Source of the DNA: Lingula anatina
Taxonomy: Eukaryota > Animalia > Brachiopoda
Assembly (NCBI GenBank): GCA_051362555.1
Contig: CM120647.1
Span: forward strand, 10,950,651 to 11,014,650
DNA length: 64,000 nt
Reading direction: 5' to 3'
Below, one piece after another: positions 1 to 11,900 of this stretch. The position numbers were made by a program, and so were the translations under genes. Numbering within the stretch: position 1 is the first letter of the stretch; every line of letters begins with the position of its first letter. The notes under the pieces were generated by a model, which was given only the letters and a program-made list of their open reading frames with translations, was not told where the DNA came from and made no database searches.

Positions 1-46
1 GCCGCGCAAACAATGGCGTCAGCGACGGTGGCCGACCAGATTCCGG
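1..46 (-). CDS. SOGA: SOGA-like exon, truncated by window edge (PESGRPPSLTPLFAR)
   Basis: ctcttacAG acceptor, GC-rich open frame, phase 0. Confidence 0.6.
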
Positions 47-3000
47 CTGTAAGAGCACAGATAAACAGAATAATTAATAGATGTTAAAATAATTATTTTA
101 TCGAATGAGAGAGCGGTATAATAGTTTAAAATGATACAAGTGTTGTTTTTAAGACAACTTTAAATGGAACGATGTCTTCTTGACTACATAACTACATACT
201 ATTACGTATTTATGTCTGTGTGTTAATTGACATTCAGACACTGCGATAGCCAAACTAACCTGTTATATGCATCCCTGATGTGTAGCAAAAGAAACACATG
301 CAGATATAATAAAAGCTTTGAATGAACATTAACAATACACTTATCCTGAAAAAAGTCATTTTATGGATTACAGACAATGTTTAAGAAACTTAAAATGTTG
401 GACAGATTATTACTTTAACAAAATTTCCATTGCCTTTCAAAGAAGTAATTGGATTACGTCTTTGCTTACCAAGGATCCAAAAGTAGCTATACTGGCTCCA
501 CTGGCGTATTGCGACAAATGGCTGTTCAGACTGTAGTCACTGTCGTGGCCTATGACGTCACTGCCATATGACGTCAGAGGTGCTAACCCTCCATTGGCTG
601 CCACATTATCTGCAGAGTCAGCCGATGAACTTCGCTTTAGTTTTCGCTTCACTTTTTGAGAAAAACTGCTAATTTTTTTAGGATCGGTGTTGGAAGGGGC
701 CGCTGGCGACGACACGTTTATGCCGATCTTTGCTAAAGTGTTTTTGACAGCGGATTCTAGACTACCCGCTCTCTTAAATAGACCACGTTTGTCTTTGCCG
801 CTAAGAAATCGGAATGGCGAGTGGTGTTTTTTATGTGGAGCGCTCTCTGGCGTCTCCAGTGGGTCGGTACTGTATGTTGGAACTGCCGGAAGAGATTCCG
901 TGGACCCGGACCTCGTCGTCGTTGGTTTGGTGGTCTTCGTTTGTGATTCAGTAACCGGAAAATCTGTCTCTAAAACGCTAGGCTTGCTAGCGCCTTTTTG
1001 TGCGTGTCGCCCTCTAGCGGGCAAGGACGAATAAATTGAAGAAGAAGAGTAAGTATCGAAGAAATGCTGCCTGGCAGACTTTGGAGACTGTTTATCGCCA
1101 CTGCTCCGAGTTGGCGACGTGCTCATTAACTGTTCTCGTGAGGGCGCTGCGAGTGGCACATATCCAGGAGAAGCCGTGAAGAGAACATCCTCGCCGGGAG
1201 TGTCTGCAGATAAACTCTTTTGTAATGGGGGTCTCTTTTTAGTAGGCGATGGCTGGAATTGAAATGGTCGTGTATCGGTGGGGGCAGTGGCCGGAGCAGG
1301 CGTCCGTTTGGACCGGCCATAGGGGGAGATCATGAACCCTGGCGTGGGCATCGGATAGTTGGTGAACTTCTTGAACCGCTGCAGACCCTGCCTCTCAGGG
1401 GTAGTGTCACGTGACGTGGATGCACTCATTGACCCTGAGTTGTAGGAAGGTTTGTGTGAGGGTGGGGGTAGTAGCACAGGACCCAGGGGAGCGGTGGCGC
1501 TACCCTCTGTGAATGACGCAGACATCAGCGGAGGAGCGGATATTCGCGCTGGCGCACTGGGAGTGACTTCTAGTTCAATGCTGGACAGAGACCTGCAATA
1601 AAAATGTACGGTGTGTTAAAATCCGAATGATTGAACAGATTATATTCGTGTTTACGCTGTTCATTAGCAGTAAAGAAGGATAACTGTATAATTAATTGTG
1701 TATAATAGCTTGTTGATATGTAAAATAACTACTCGAAAGAATCACCGTTAACATTTGGCACTTTTTTCTTGGACGTGTTGCGTCTAAATGTATTTATTGT
1801 AGTCTTGTTACATAGCTTGAAACCACCATTTTAACTCAGAAACCGGTCCAATTGTTGGGCACACTCTTTCGCTCCCACTGCAAACGAGTGTAAATGAGAA
1901 TTAAGCGAGAGTTGAAAAGTCCCTGCGCATGGTCATCTGCGTCATAAGTGAGGTAATTTTAGTGATGTGCTTTAGAAAAGAAACCCTCCTAAATATTTGA
2001 ATTTTAGAAAAGACTGCAGAATACACTGACCGTCTAAGTCCTGGTTGCTTTCTGTCACTGGACGCTGCAATGGTACCAGTTAGTCTGGAAATCTGGCTAA
2101 ATGCCTGAAAACAATGGAGTGCGAGTACTGAATTGTGAAACATGGCAACTTTTATCAAGACACGTTATGTAATTGCTCTGACTGGAGGGAGTAGAAAATA
2201 AACAGAGGACGCTATTTCAATCTTTAGATTTTCACAAAGAGAACGAACGTCCTGTACAAGGATAGCCAACGTCTTCATATACTGTGCAGTAGGCTACAGG
2301 TTCTATTTGCAAAGAAGTCAGATGCTTTGGTGGTTTACAGGATGCTACAGGTGAGTTAAATGTACAGACTTGACATTTAATATGGAATATTTTTTCCAAA
2401 TCATAATTCATCAGTTTTTTTCCTATTTTGCCGACTGATAAATGAAAATAAGGATCAAAATCGTGTTTTAATAACTTCTGATAAACTGTTCCATGTTATT
2501 GTGACATCAGTTCTTTAATTGACTTCGCCAATGAAGCAAACAAAAATACATTGCCAATTTTAAGTCATACGACAACCATTGAAAGCGATATTTTGGATCT
2601 CCATATTTTCCAAATTATCGTCTTTAAAAGAGTTACACGACCCACAAAGGACCTTCATGTCAGTGTCTAGTCACAGTAACGGTCGCCGCTGTGCCTGACC
2701 TTATCTTTCTGCTACCAGAGCTTTCAAGAGGCAAGGCATTTCTTGCGATAGTTTTTTTAGAATTTAATCTGGAATAAAATTCCAGGCAACGGTTAAAGCT
2801 TGTCCAATTTGGTTCAGTTTTGTTGTAGGACATGCAGGCCGTTGATTTGGCGACTATTGACCTAACCACATATTGTTAAAGTGGTTCAAATATGGCGATT
2901 TTGATGACCAAGGTAGCTGCTCATTCCCTTGGTTCTGTAAGTTATCTGCTATTAAAAGTGCTCTGTGTGAACCAGCAATCTGATCGTGCAACCTAAAACT

Positions 3001-6000
3001 GTTCCTAAGGTGCCCCTATCAAATGATAGTCAAGTGGTTCCCAGATTATTCCTTTATTTGATCTGGTTCAGGTTTTAATCGATGACTTCCATTGGTGTTT
3101 TGGCACCAATGTGGTATCAACTCCAAATATTGACGCTGTCAATGGCCCTAGTCACTTCAGAAGGAGCACACATCTTGTCGTAGGCCTCTTGAAGATGTCC
3201 GTAAACTCTTTTTTGACCAATTTAGCGGTACAGGTGAAATCTGACCTCAATAAAGAAAACAACGCGGTTTCAGTGTTCTACCCAGAAACGGTCATGGTCC
3301 CCAATTCATTAGAGAAACAGACTACGCTGTTTTGCTGTTTACAGTGGCCTCCTCAGAGGTGGGCTGGTATCCCAATCTGCTTAAACCAGTTTGGTGTTCG
3401 CTAAGAGCCTTGAAAAACGCGTTTTGGTGACAATTTCCCCCTCATTTAAAACGGACTGGGTGGTTTTGGTTTAATTGCAGCAGCATATCCTGAAGGACAT
3501 TGAGTCCTGTATTCTGGTGGTAAGATATTGATACATTGGACGTGGTGTCTGTGTTGGTACATAAGCCTGGGCATTACTCTGTGAAACTGTGCGGACCGTT
3601 CCTTTTGGGGCAATAATCTGTCTGGCAATGTCTGTCTTTTTCGCGCCATTCTGGCACATTTTAACGGTTTTGAAAAACAGTGCTTAACTCATTTTACGCA
3701 CTGCAAAACCGACCGCTTGCATGCAAAATTTCAAATTCTTCTATGCAATGGTTGCCGACATATGGATACTTTTTTGACAGAACCATGCCTCGCCAAAGCC
3801 AAGCTTTGACCAGCTCAAAGGAGCACTACCCAATTAAATCAATGCATATTTAACAATGCAGCAGTGCATCAGACTTGGTAATCAGTTAATTGGTAGAGAC
3901 ACACTTTTCTTCATACTTCCCCAGTCAGATATCTTATATGAGATCTGAGTTTTTTCAATAAAGAACGCATTTTTACCTAGGTATACCTTTAAAACTGAAA
4001 TATTCCATATTAAATGTCAAGTCTGTATATACACGGTACAGCTATACAAACGTGCCAGGAAACTTCAGTTACATTAAAGATAAATACATGTACATGAAAA
4101 AGTGTCATCTATAAATAAAACTATAAATAAAACTGTAAGATGATGCAAGGCAGTGAATCCATTTTGTTAACACTTATTTCAATTATACAACCAAACGTGC
4201 CACTACTGGAACACTGTAGTGCTGACGTGGAGACACATCTCAGCAAGGAGTACAGATACTCAAGTGTACATGACGGTAGAAATACACCCATTCACACAAT
4301 CACTATTTTAGACCACTTCCTACGATCGGGGAACAAAACACGGTCTTTGGCAAAAATTGGAGACAATAGTGTGCTATTTAAATTCTACATATTCCCATGC
4401 TTTCAAACTGACCTACCTCCTTTAACATACGAACCATTCGCTGAAATTGATTAATCGACGGTATTTAAGCAATGGCGGTTCATTTAGCAGCATTTAAAGA
4501 AACAGTTCGAGAAAATTAGATGTAAAAAAGATATGGCAATACCTAGATGGGGAAAGGGTGAGTAAAAGTAAGATAGCTAAGGCGTCAATATCACCTTGCT
4601 AAAACAACGAAGGAGATAAAAGTACATTCTCAATTCACCGGACTGACAGAGGGCTTCGACATTCATGCGGAAAACCTCTCGATGGAATAAAAGTCATTCT
4701 CGAATTGTTATTGATATAAAACATGAATTTTCTTTTGCGAACAAAAGTTTCTTATGGTATCTAACAAACACATTTTAGTATATTTAAAAAAAGCTGACAA
4801 TAAGCTTAGTATGGAGACCAAAGCAAAATCACTTCATAAAGCGGTCATTTTTTTTTTAGCCTATTACAACTTCCGGCATGTGAATGAGCAAGGTGCAGTC
4901 GGTGCCACAGCTAGGCACCAGTGGTACCCATGGCTACTTACCCCGTCCAGTAATTTCCGTATATCTTCTTTATCTCTGTCCCACTTGGCTTCACTGGTGG
5001 CGCTGGTGTCACTCCCGGCCAGGCTGGTCCGTGATGCCGTCATACCCTGGGAGTCTCTGTGGTCCATTTCTAGTAGTCTGGCGATTTCATTTAGCCTCAC
5101 GCACTGGTGGAAAATGGAGGACATGGTTAAGTGAGAGTATGCTCTTATTGTGAAGATAGAAACTGCATTACGCTTACTGCACTGAGCAGTCTCTGTCTTT
5201 GAGGTAGGAGGCATACCCCTCTCTAGTAATAAAAAAAATACATAAAAGACCGAAAGAGCTTATCTGTCCCGTAAAAAATCTATTCTGAGGTATATATTTC
5301 ATATACACCAAATAGTCCATGTTTTTTTCGGGACACAAGCCCACCAACAAACCACAATCTACTATGGAACTGGCAGTACCAACAGGGATGAAAATACCAC
5401 ATTTAAACATCAAAATACACACCATGAATACAGACACTAATATTGAACCGTTTGTCTCGAGTCCCCCAACTGATAAAAAATCAACAAGCTCGAGCACTCA
5501 CACTAAAAACATTACTTTTTTATTCATTTCTAGTTTGACAATATGTACTAGTATTACACTATTAACGGACCCTAAATCTGATCTCACTATAGGCTACATG
5601 GCGATTCCTTATAAAATGTTAATCTTATAAGAAAATATTAATTCAATTACATATACCTCTCTCAAAATGTCGTCTATCCTTTTCTCCGTTTCCTCTCGCT
5701 TATTTTTCTCCTTGGCTACGCATTTTTCCAGATCCCTCTTGGCTGCTTCCCAGGTACTCTTTTCCTTATTAAATTTGTCTTTAGATTCTTGTTCTTTTTT
5801 CCTTAAATTTTCCTCTAGTTTCGCAATTTGTTCCTTAAAACCCTCTTGTTCTTTCCGCCATTCACTTTCCTGCTTAGATAAACCGTCCAGCTTAACCTTC
5901 ATTTTTCCAAACTCTTGGCTTAGTTTCTGAAATTCTGAATCCTTCTGTAATAGTTTTTCGGTCAGCTCTCGTCTGGCTCTCGTAATTTCAAAACCAGATT

Positions 6001-6799
6001 GTCCATTTATTTTTCGAATGATCTCATCTTTTTCTTTAAGACGTTCGTCTCGCGTCCTTATTGATTCATTTAATCGATTCAAATTATCATCCTTATCAGA
6101 AATTTGATTTTTCATAGTTTTTATTTCTTCGTGCAATTGTTTTATCTCTGCTTCTTTTTCCTTAAGATTGCCTTCTTGTTTTTGTAATTCGTCGTCAACG
6201 TTAAAGTAATCCTTTTCAAGCTCTTCAATTTCAGTGTCTTTTTCTTTCAGGATCCTCTGGAATTCTTTCAGAAGGTCCTCCTTGCCCTTCATGGTGGCCT
6301 GCGTCTCGTTCAGCGTCTGGGACAGGTTCTGTATCTCCTCTTCTAATTTGAAACGGTCATGCGCAAACTGCTCGTCCTTTTCCTTGATCATGCTCTGAAT
6401 CTGAAAACATATGTAGTGAATTCCCAGTTGAAATGTTTATTGCTGATATATGATAACAAAATGGTTCGCACAATATCTTTGACCATGCCTAACACGTGTT
6501 TTTAAATAGATCGAAAACACAACATTATTGGACAGAAATTAATGGGTGTTATTATTTAAACATAGTGTTAGAGGTACAGTTGTAACACAGTGCATTGTGT
6601 TGTCTCTCTGGTGGTAGTTTAGAGTGTTACCCATGTGGTACCTCCACGTTTGAAGGAGGGAGTTGCTCTACCAGTGTTTTTCATATAAAACTGTAAAATA
6701 AGTGAAAACTGAAAGAATGCAATTTTGTTGTCTTTTAATTACAATGTACAGTACGTGATAGCGGCGTCACGTGCACCTATACATAGGCCTACATCTCTT

Positions 6800-6831
<32 letters not shown>

Positions 6832-8909
6832 ATTACGCGCGCACACACACATACAATGGCAATAGCTAAAACTATATGTATAATGTAAAGGCTATGAACA
6901 CCAATACCTTTTGTGCCTGTTGTTTAGCCTCCTTGGCCTCTGCCCTGTAGTCTGCGCACTTGTCTCTCAAAGTCTTGATCTCGTTTTCGATGGTAGACCT
7001 CGAATCGTTCTAGAAAATATTAAAGGGAACGGTTTAATTTACACTTTCAATGTCAGAACTACAGGGGCAGTAACCTTAACCCCAGCAACACCCACCAAGC
7101 CACGTGACACACACTAAGTTGTCAACTGTCAACATCCACTTGCCAATTTGCACCTGTCAACACCCATAAATCAAATGTCACCGCCCACCAGTCAACCGTC
7201 TACTGCCAGCACCCACTCGTGAACTGTCAACACCCACCTGTCCACTGTCAACACCCACTTGCATACTGTCAACACCCACCTGTCCACTGTCAACACCCAC
7301 TTGCATACTGTCAACACCCACCTGTCCACTGTCAACACCCACTTGCATACTGCCAACACCCACCTGTCCACTGTCAACACCCACCTGCATACTGTCAACA
7401 CCCACTTGCATACTGTCAACACCCACCTGTCCACTGTCAACACCCACTTGCATACTGTCAACACCCACCTGTCCACTGTCAACACCCACTTGCATACTGT
7501 CAACACCCACCTGTCCACTGTCAACACCCACTTGCATACTGTCAACACCCACCTGTCCACTGTCAACACCCACTTGTATACTGTCAACACCCACTTGCAT
7601 ACTGTCAACACCCACCTGTCCACTGTCAACCCCCACTTGCATACTGTCAACACCCACCTGTCCACTGGACCACCGTGCTTCTTGGCGCTGGAGTTGCTGG
7701 TGGAGTTCTTCTGTTTTCTTCATAAATTCCTGGAGTTTTCTCTGCATCTCTTCTTTCTCACGGCGCCAGATGGCGCTCCCGCTCCCACGACCATCACGGA
7801 GCTGAAAAACGGAAGGATATGATCAAGTTCTAGTAGAAGCAAGTATAAAATGAAATGATGGCAGACCCAGTGGCGGATTTAGGGGGTGTCAGGGGGGTCC
7901 TGCCCTACTCGATTTATGATAAAAAAGATACCAAAAAGCTGAATCATAGTTCTAAACCATACCAAATGGCGCAATATGCCCTCCAAAACAGCAATTTTTT
8001 TTGGGCCCCTCGAGCGTGCCCCGAACCTGACGCCATGGGGATGAGGTTCGGCCTTGCAATTCGAGGCCTGTCAATCCTAAACAAGGCAGCAAAGCTGTCA
8101 AATGTACAGACAAAAAACAGAAAATAAAGATGCAAAATAGGTCATTTTGTCAATTTTGATGCAATAATAAATAATGCTTATAATAGCACTGTCAGTCAAC
8201 ACTGAATTTTAATCATGCACAACAGGTAACATGGTCAATAACAGGAGCGGACCCTGAGATATTTTCTGACAGTATTCCAAAGTATCCATCCTCCATTTTG
8301 ATGGTCTTCCAACAGAAAAAAAAGATACCAGTCAATATAAACTTAATAACCTGACTGTCTTCTGGAAGACCCAGAAGATGGTCTCAATCCACCATTTCAA
8401 GAAGATTACAGTTTCAGGACCATGAGAGACCAAAGTCACACGAGGAAAGTCTCAATATTTGAAAAATGATGACAGTGCATAAAATAGTATTACATAATAT
8501 TTAAAGACATAAAAAACAATACAACTGCTTATGTGGAAATACAGAAAATGTGCAGAGCCTCAAGCGGATGAGAGTTAAAAGTCACAAATGCAAGTGTTTG
8601 AGAAAAAATTATAAAGGAAAACATAACAAAACTAGAAAAGCACTCCAAGAGTGAAGACCTCTGCCAAGGCAGCAATTGTTGATTATAATTGATTATTGAT
8701 TGATTATTGAGCCAGACCACCACTAAAAACTAATCATTGTCCTCTTTGGCCCACTTCTGACAGTTCCTGAAAATTTCAGCAAAATCGGTCCATAACTTTT
8801 GAGTTATGTTGATGACAGACAAACAGGGTGAAAATATAACCTCCTTAGCAGAGCCTGAGGTAAATATAATTCAAATGAAGCTGCTATTCAAACTTTTAAT
8901 CTTCGAATT

Positions 8910-8972
<63 letters not shown>

Positions 8973-11900
8973 CCTGCATAATTATCACTGCTTCCTTATT
9001 ATTAAATATCAACAAGTGTGCTTTATGAAATCTCATTTAATGGCCTATTAATTAGGCAAATGACTTTATAACTAGCTAAGTGATACCCAAGGGAAATTTA
9101 TAGACTGACCCTCTCAAAGGTCTTTTAGGCCCATAAGTCACATCTTAAGAAAAGCACAAAACAATAATTATGCACAACAGGTAACACCGACAAAAGTAAA
9201 AGCATAGGGCTTCAGGCCCATCAGAGTTCAAGTTTATACTTAGAAAGTGCCAGAATAAGAAAAATGAAAATTTCACACAAAATTGCATAAAGTCAATAAC
9301 AAATGATAACCCAATTGACCTGGCTTTCTAATTTGAACTGCATGCCAATCCTAAAAATCATACTTGTAAGTTAAAAATAATAATAAGTTACACAGTTTTC
9401 TTTTCATAATGTTTGCAGTAGCAGTGCAAAAAGATTGTTGTCAATTTTGATGTAACATTACACAATAAATTACAGAATAATTATCACCAATTTTTGATTA
9501 TTGACTATAAAAAGCATGGACATGTAGAAAATTTGATTACCATTCGGCTTCATGTCCATGGGAGCTCTGAGTCCCACAATGAATATGCCAAAGAGATAAT
9601 GAATATTTCACTCAAATGTATAACTTCCAGAAAAAGAAGCCAATTAGACTACTTTTCCAACTCAGGCTGCATTTTAGTCCAGTGTTTCTTTTTTAAAGGT
9701 TTGACAGTCATAAGTAACACGGTTTTCCCATAATGGTCATCATGGCAGCAGCACCAAAAATTGTGTTTTCTTCTATTTTGATGCAACATTACATAATGCT
9801 TAACAGCATAATGACCATCAATTTTTAATAATAGAATATAAGAAACATGGACATTCAGAAAACGTGACAAGCAAAGGTCTTCAGGATCATGGAACTTCAA
9901 AGTCACACCTTGAAAATGCCAATAAGTGAAAAATTAAATATTCACAAAAAACTGTTTAATTGCCAGAAAAAATTACCAAACAGACTGCATTGCCTACTGA
10001 AGCTGTATTTTAGACCCATGTTTCTTTCCTATAAGTTTGAGAACAGTAAGTGACATGATTTTCCTTAAATGGTCATCATGGGAGCAGTGCCCAAAATAGG
10101 GGTTTCTTCAAATTTTGATGCAACATTACGTAATGTTTAACAGCATAATGACCATCAATTTTAAATAATAGAATATTAGTAACATGAACATTTAGAACAC
10201 GTGACAAGCAAAGGTCTTCAGGATCATGGAACTTCAAAGTCACACCTTGAAAATGCCAATATGTGAAAAATTAAATTTTCACAAAAATCTGTTTAACTGC
10301 CAGAAAAAATTACCAAACAGACTGCATTGCCTACTGAAGCTGTATTTTAGTCCCATGTTTCTTTCCTGTAAGTTTGAGAACAGTAAGTGACATGATTTTC
10401 CTTAAATGGTCATCATGGGAGCAGTGCCCAAAATAGGGGTTTCTTCAAATTTTGATGCAATATTACATAATGTTTAACAGCATAATGACCATCAATTGTT
10501 AATCATAAAATATTAGTATCATGGATATTCAGAAAATGTGACTAGCAAAGGTCTGCAGGCTCATGGAACTTCAAAGTCACATCTTAAAAATGCCAAAATG
10601 TAAACAAGACAGCACTGTTCTGAAATGGGTGTATTTCCATTTTTAACACTTTTTTAACACAAAATAAACAGTTTACTTCCATTTTTATATGACCAACTAA
10701 GAAAATTGATGAGATGGGAAAAATATCAATAGAACAGTCTTTAATGTTTAATTCCCTCCATTCTGAGATTCTGAACATAGTGGATGATTGAATCTAACAA
10801 ACTGCAATGATATGAGTTTATTTCCATTTTTGACACTTTATTACACAATACACGATGACAAGTTTACCATCATTTTTAAATAATCAACTAACAATGTTGT
10901 AAAGATGCAGGAAATATCAAACAAACACTTTTACGTATCTTATTAGTTAAATAATGAGACTGTTAACATGCCTAAGAATTGAATCAAGAGGAAATGTGAA
11001 AAAACAGCATAACTTCTAAAATAATGGCCCGATTATGCTGATTTTCGAACTCAACCTGCGTTTTAGTAAGATTGACCACTCCTAAGAGTATAATGACAAT
11101 TGGCCAATCTGTTTTTCTTATATTGTGTTATCAGTGTTGCATATATGTTGAAAAAAGTGAAAAAACAGCATAACTCCCCTAAAAATGGCCCGATCATGCT
11201 GATTTTCGAATTTGACCTGCGGATTATGAATATTCATCAGTTTTGTAAGTTTCAAGCCAAAAAGTAAAATGGTTTTCCACTTATCGTGTTATCGGTGCTG
11301 CATATATGCTGAAAAAAGTGAAAAAACAGCATAACTTCCCTACAAGTCACCGAATCATGCTGATTTTCGAACTCGACCTGCGTATTATGAATATTTATCA
11401 GTTCTGCAGGTTTCAAGCCAAAAGATAAAACGGTTCTTCACTTATCGTGTTATCGGTGAAAGTGCACGACGGCGACGACGGCGACGACGACAGACGCAGA
11501 TGATGGCTATATGTACAGACACATCTGTGTCTGTACATAAAAATCGGACTCCCCTGAAAAAAATTCTGGATCCGCCCCTGCAGACCGAAGAGCTGTTGAT
11601 ACTGTTCAAAACTACAATGCCACTCATACACACAGATTGGTAATTATTGACCATTGGTATCAGCTTAGCTAAACATACATTTGATGATGTCCTCGGCCCC
11701 GGGTTCACGATCACAGTGGGACTTGAGAAACACTCGAATTCTTGGAAGTAAAATCGTTTTTCAGGCATTTACCTCGTCAATATCTCGCTGCATCAGTTCG
11801 TTGGCTGCCTGCACCCGCTGTAGTGTGTTTTCAAGATCTGTTGCTCGGTTGGTGGCACGGAAAAGTTTCTGTTGGCATTGCTGGAGCTGAATTGTATGAA

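Larger units (their letters stand above)
8079..11543 (-). mobile_element. Helentron-associated non-autonomous element (HINE/DINE-1-like) carrying satellite arrays
   Basis: Right end: hairpin ATGTACAGACACA-TC-TGTGTCTGTACAT, A-run and (GAC/GGC)n microsatellite. Left end: short hairpin GGCAGC-AAA-GCTGTC plus subTIR ATGTACAGACA. No TSD, A-rich junctions. Confidence 0.75.
7868..11580. mobile_element. hAT-type MITE (about 250 bp) split by a nested insertion
   Basis: TIR CAGTGGCGGAT...ATCCGCCCCTG; 6-bp direct repeat CAGACC at 7862-7867 and 11581-11586. Confidence 0.75.

Noticed and set aside
2660-3659. Intact transposase gene
   Set aside because: It is broken into several short ORFs by stops and frameshifts, and the catalytic motifs are altered.
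7217-7666. CRISPR-like regular repeat
   Set aside because: There are no unique spacers, only two alternating variants; the context is a eukaryotic intron and no cas genes are present.
7192-7822. ORFs 7192-7665(-), 7219-7725(+) and 7259-7822(+) with striking CQHP/VNTH/WVLT repeats
   Set aside because: They are alternate-frame translations of the stop-free 21-bp minisatellite; only the frame continuous with the SOGA exon has splice support.
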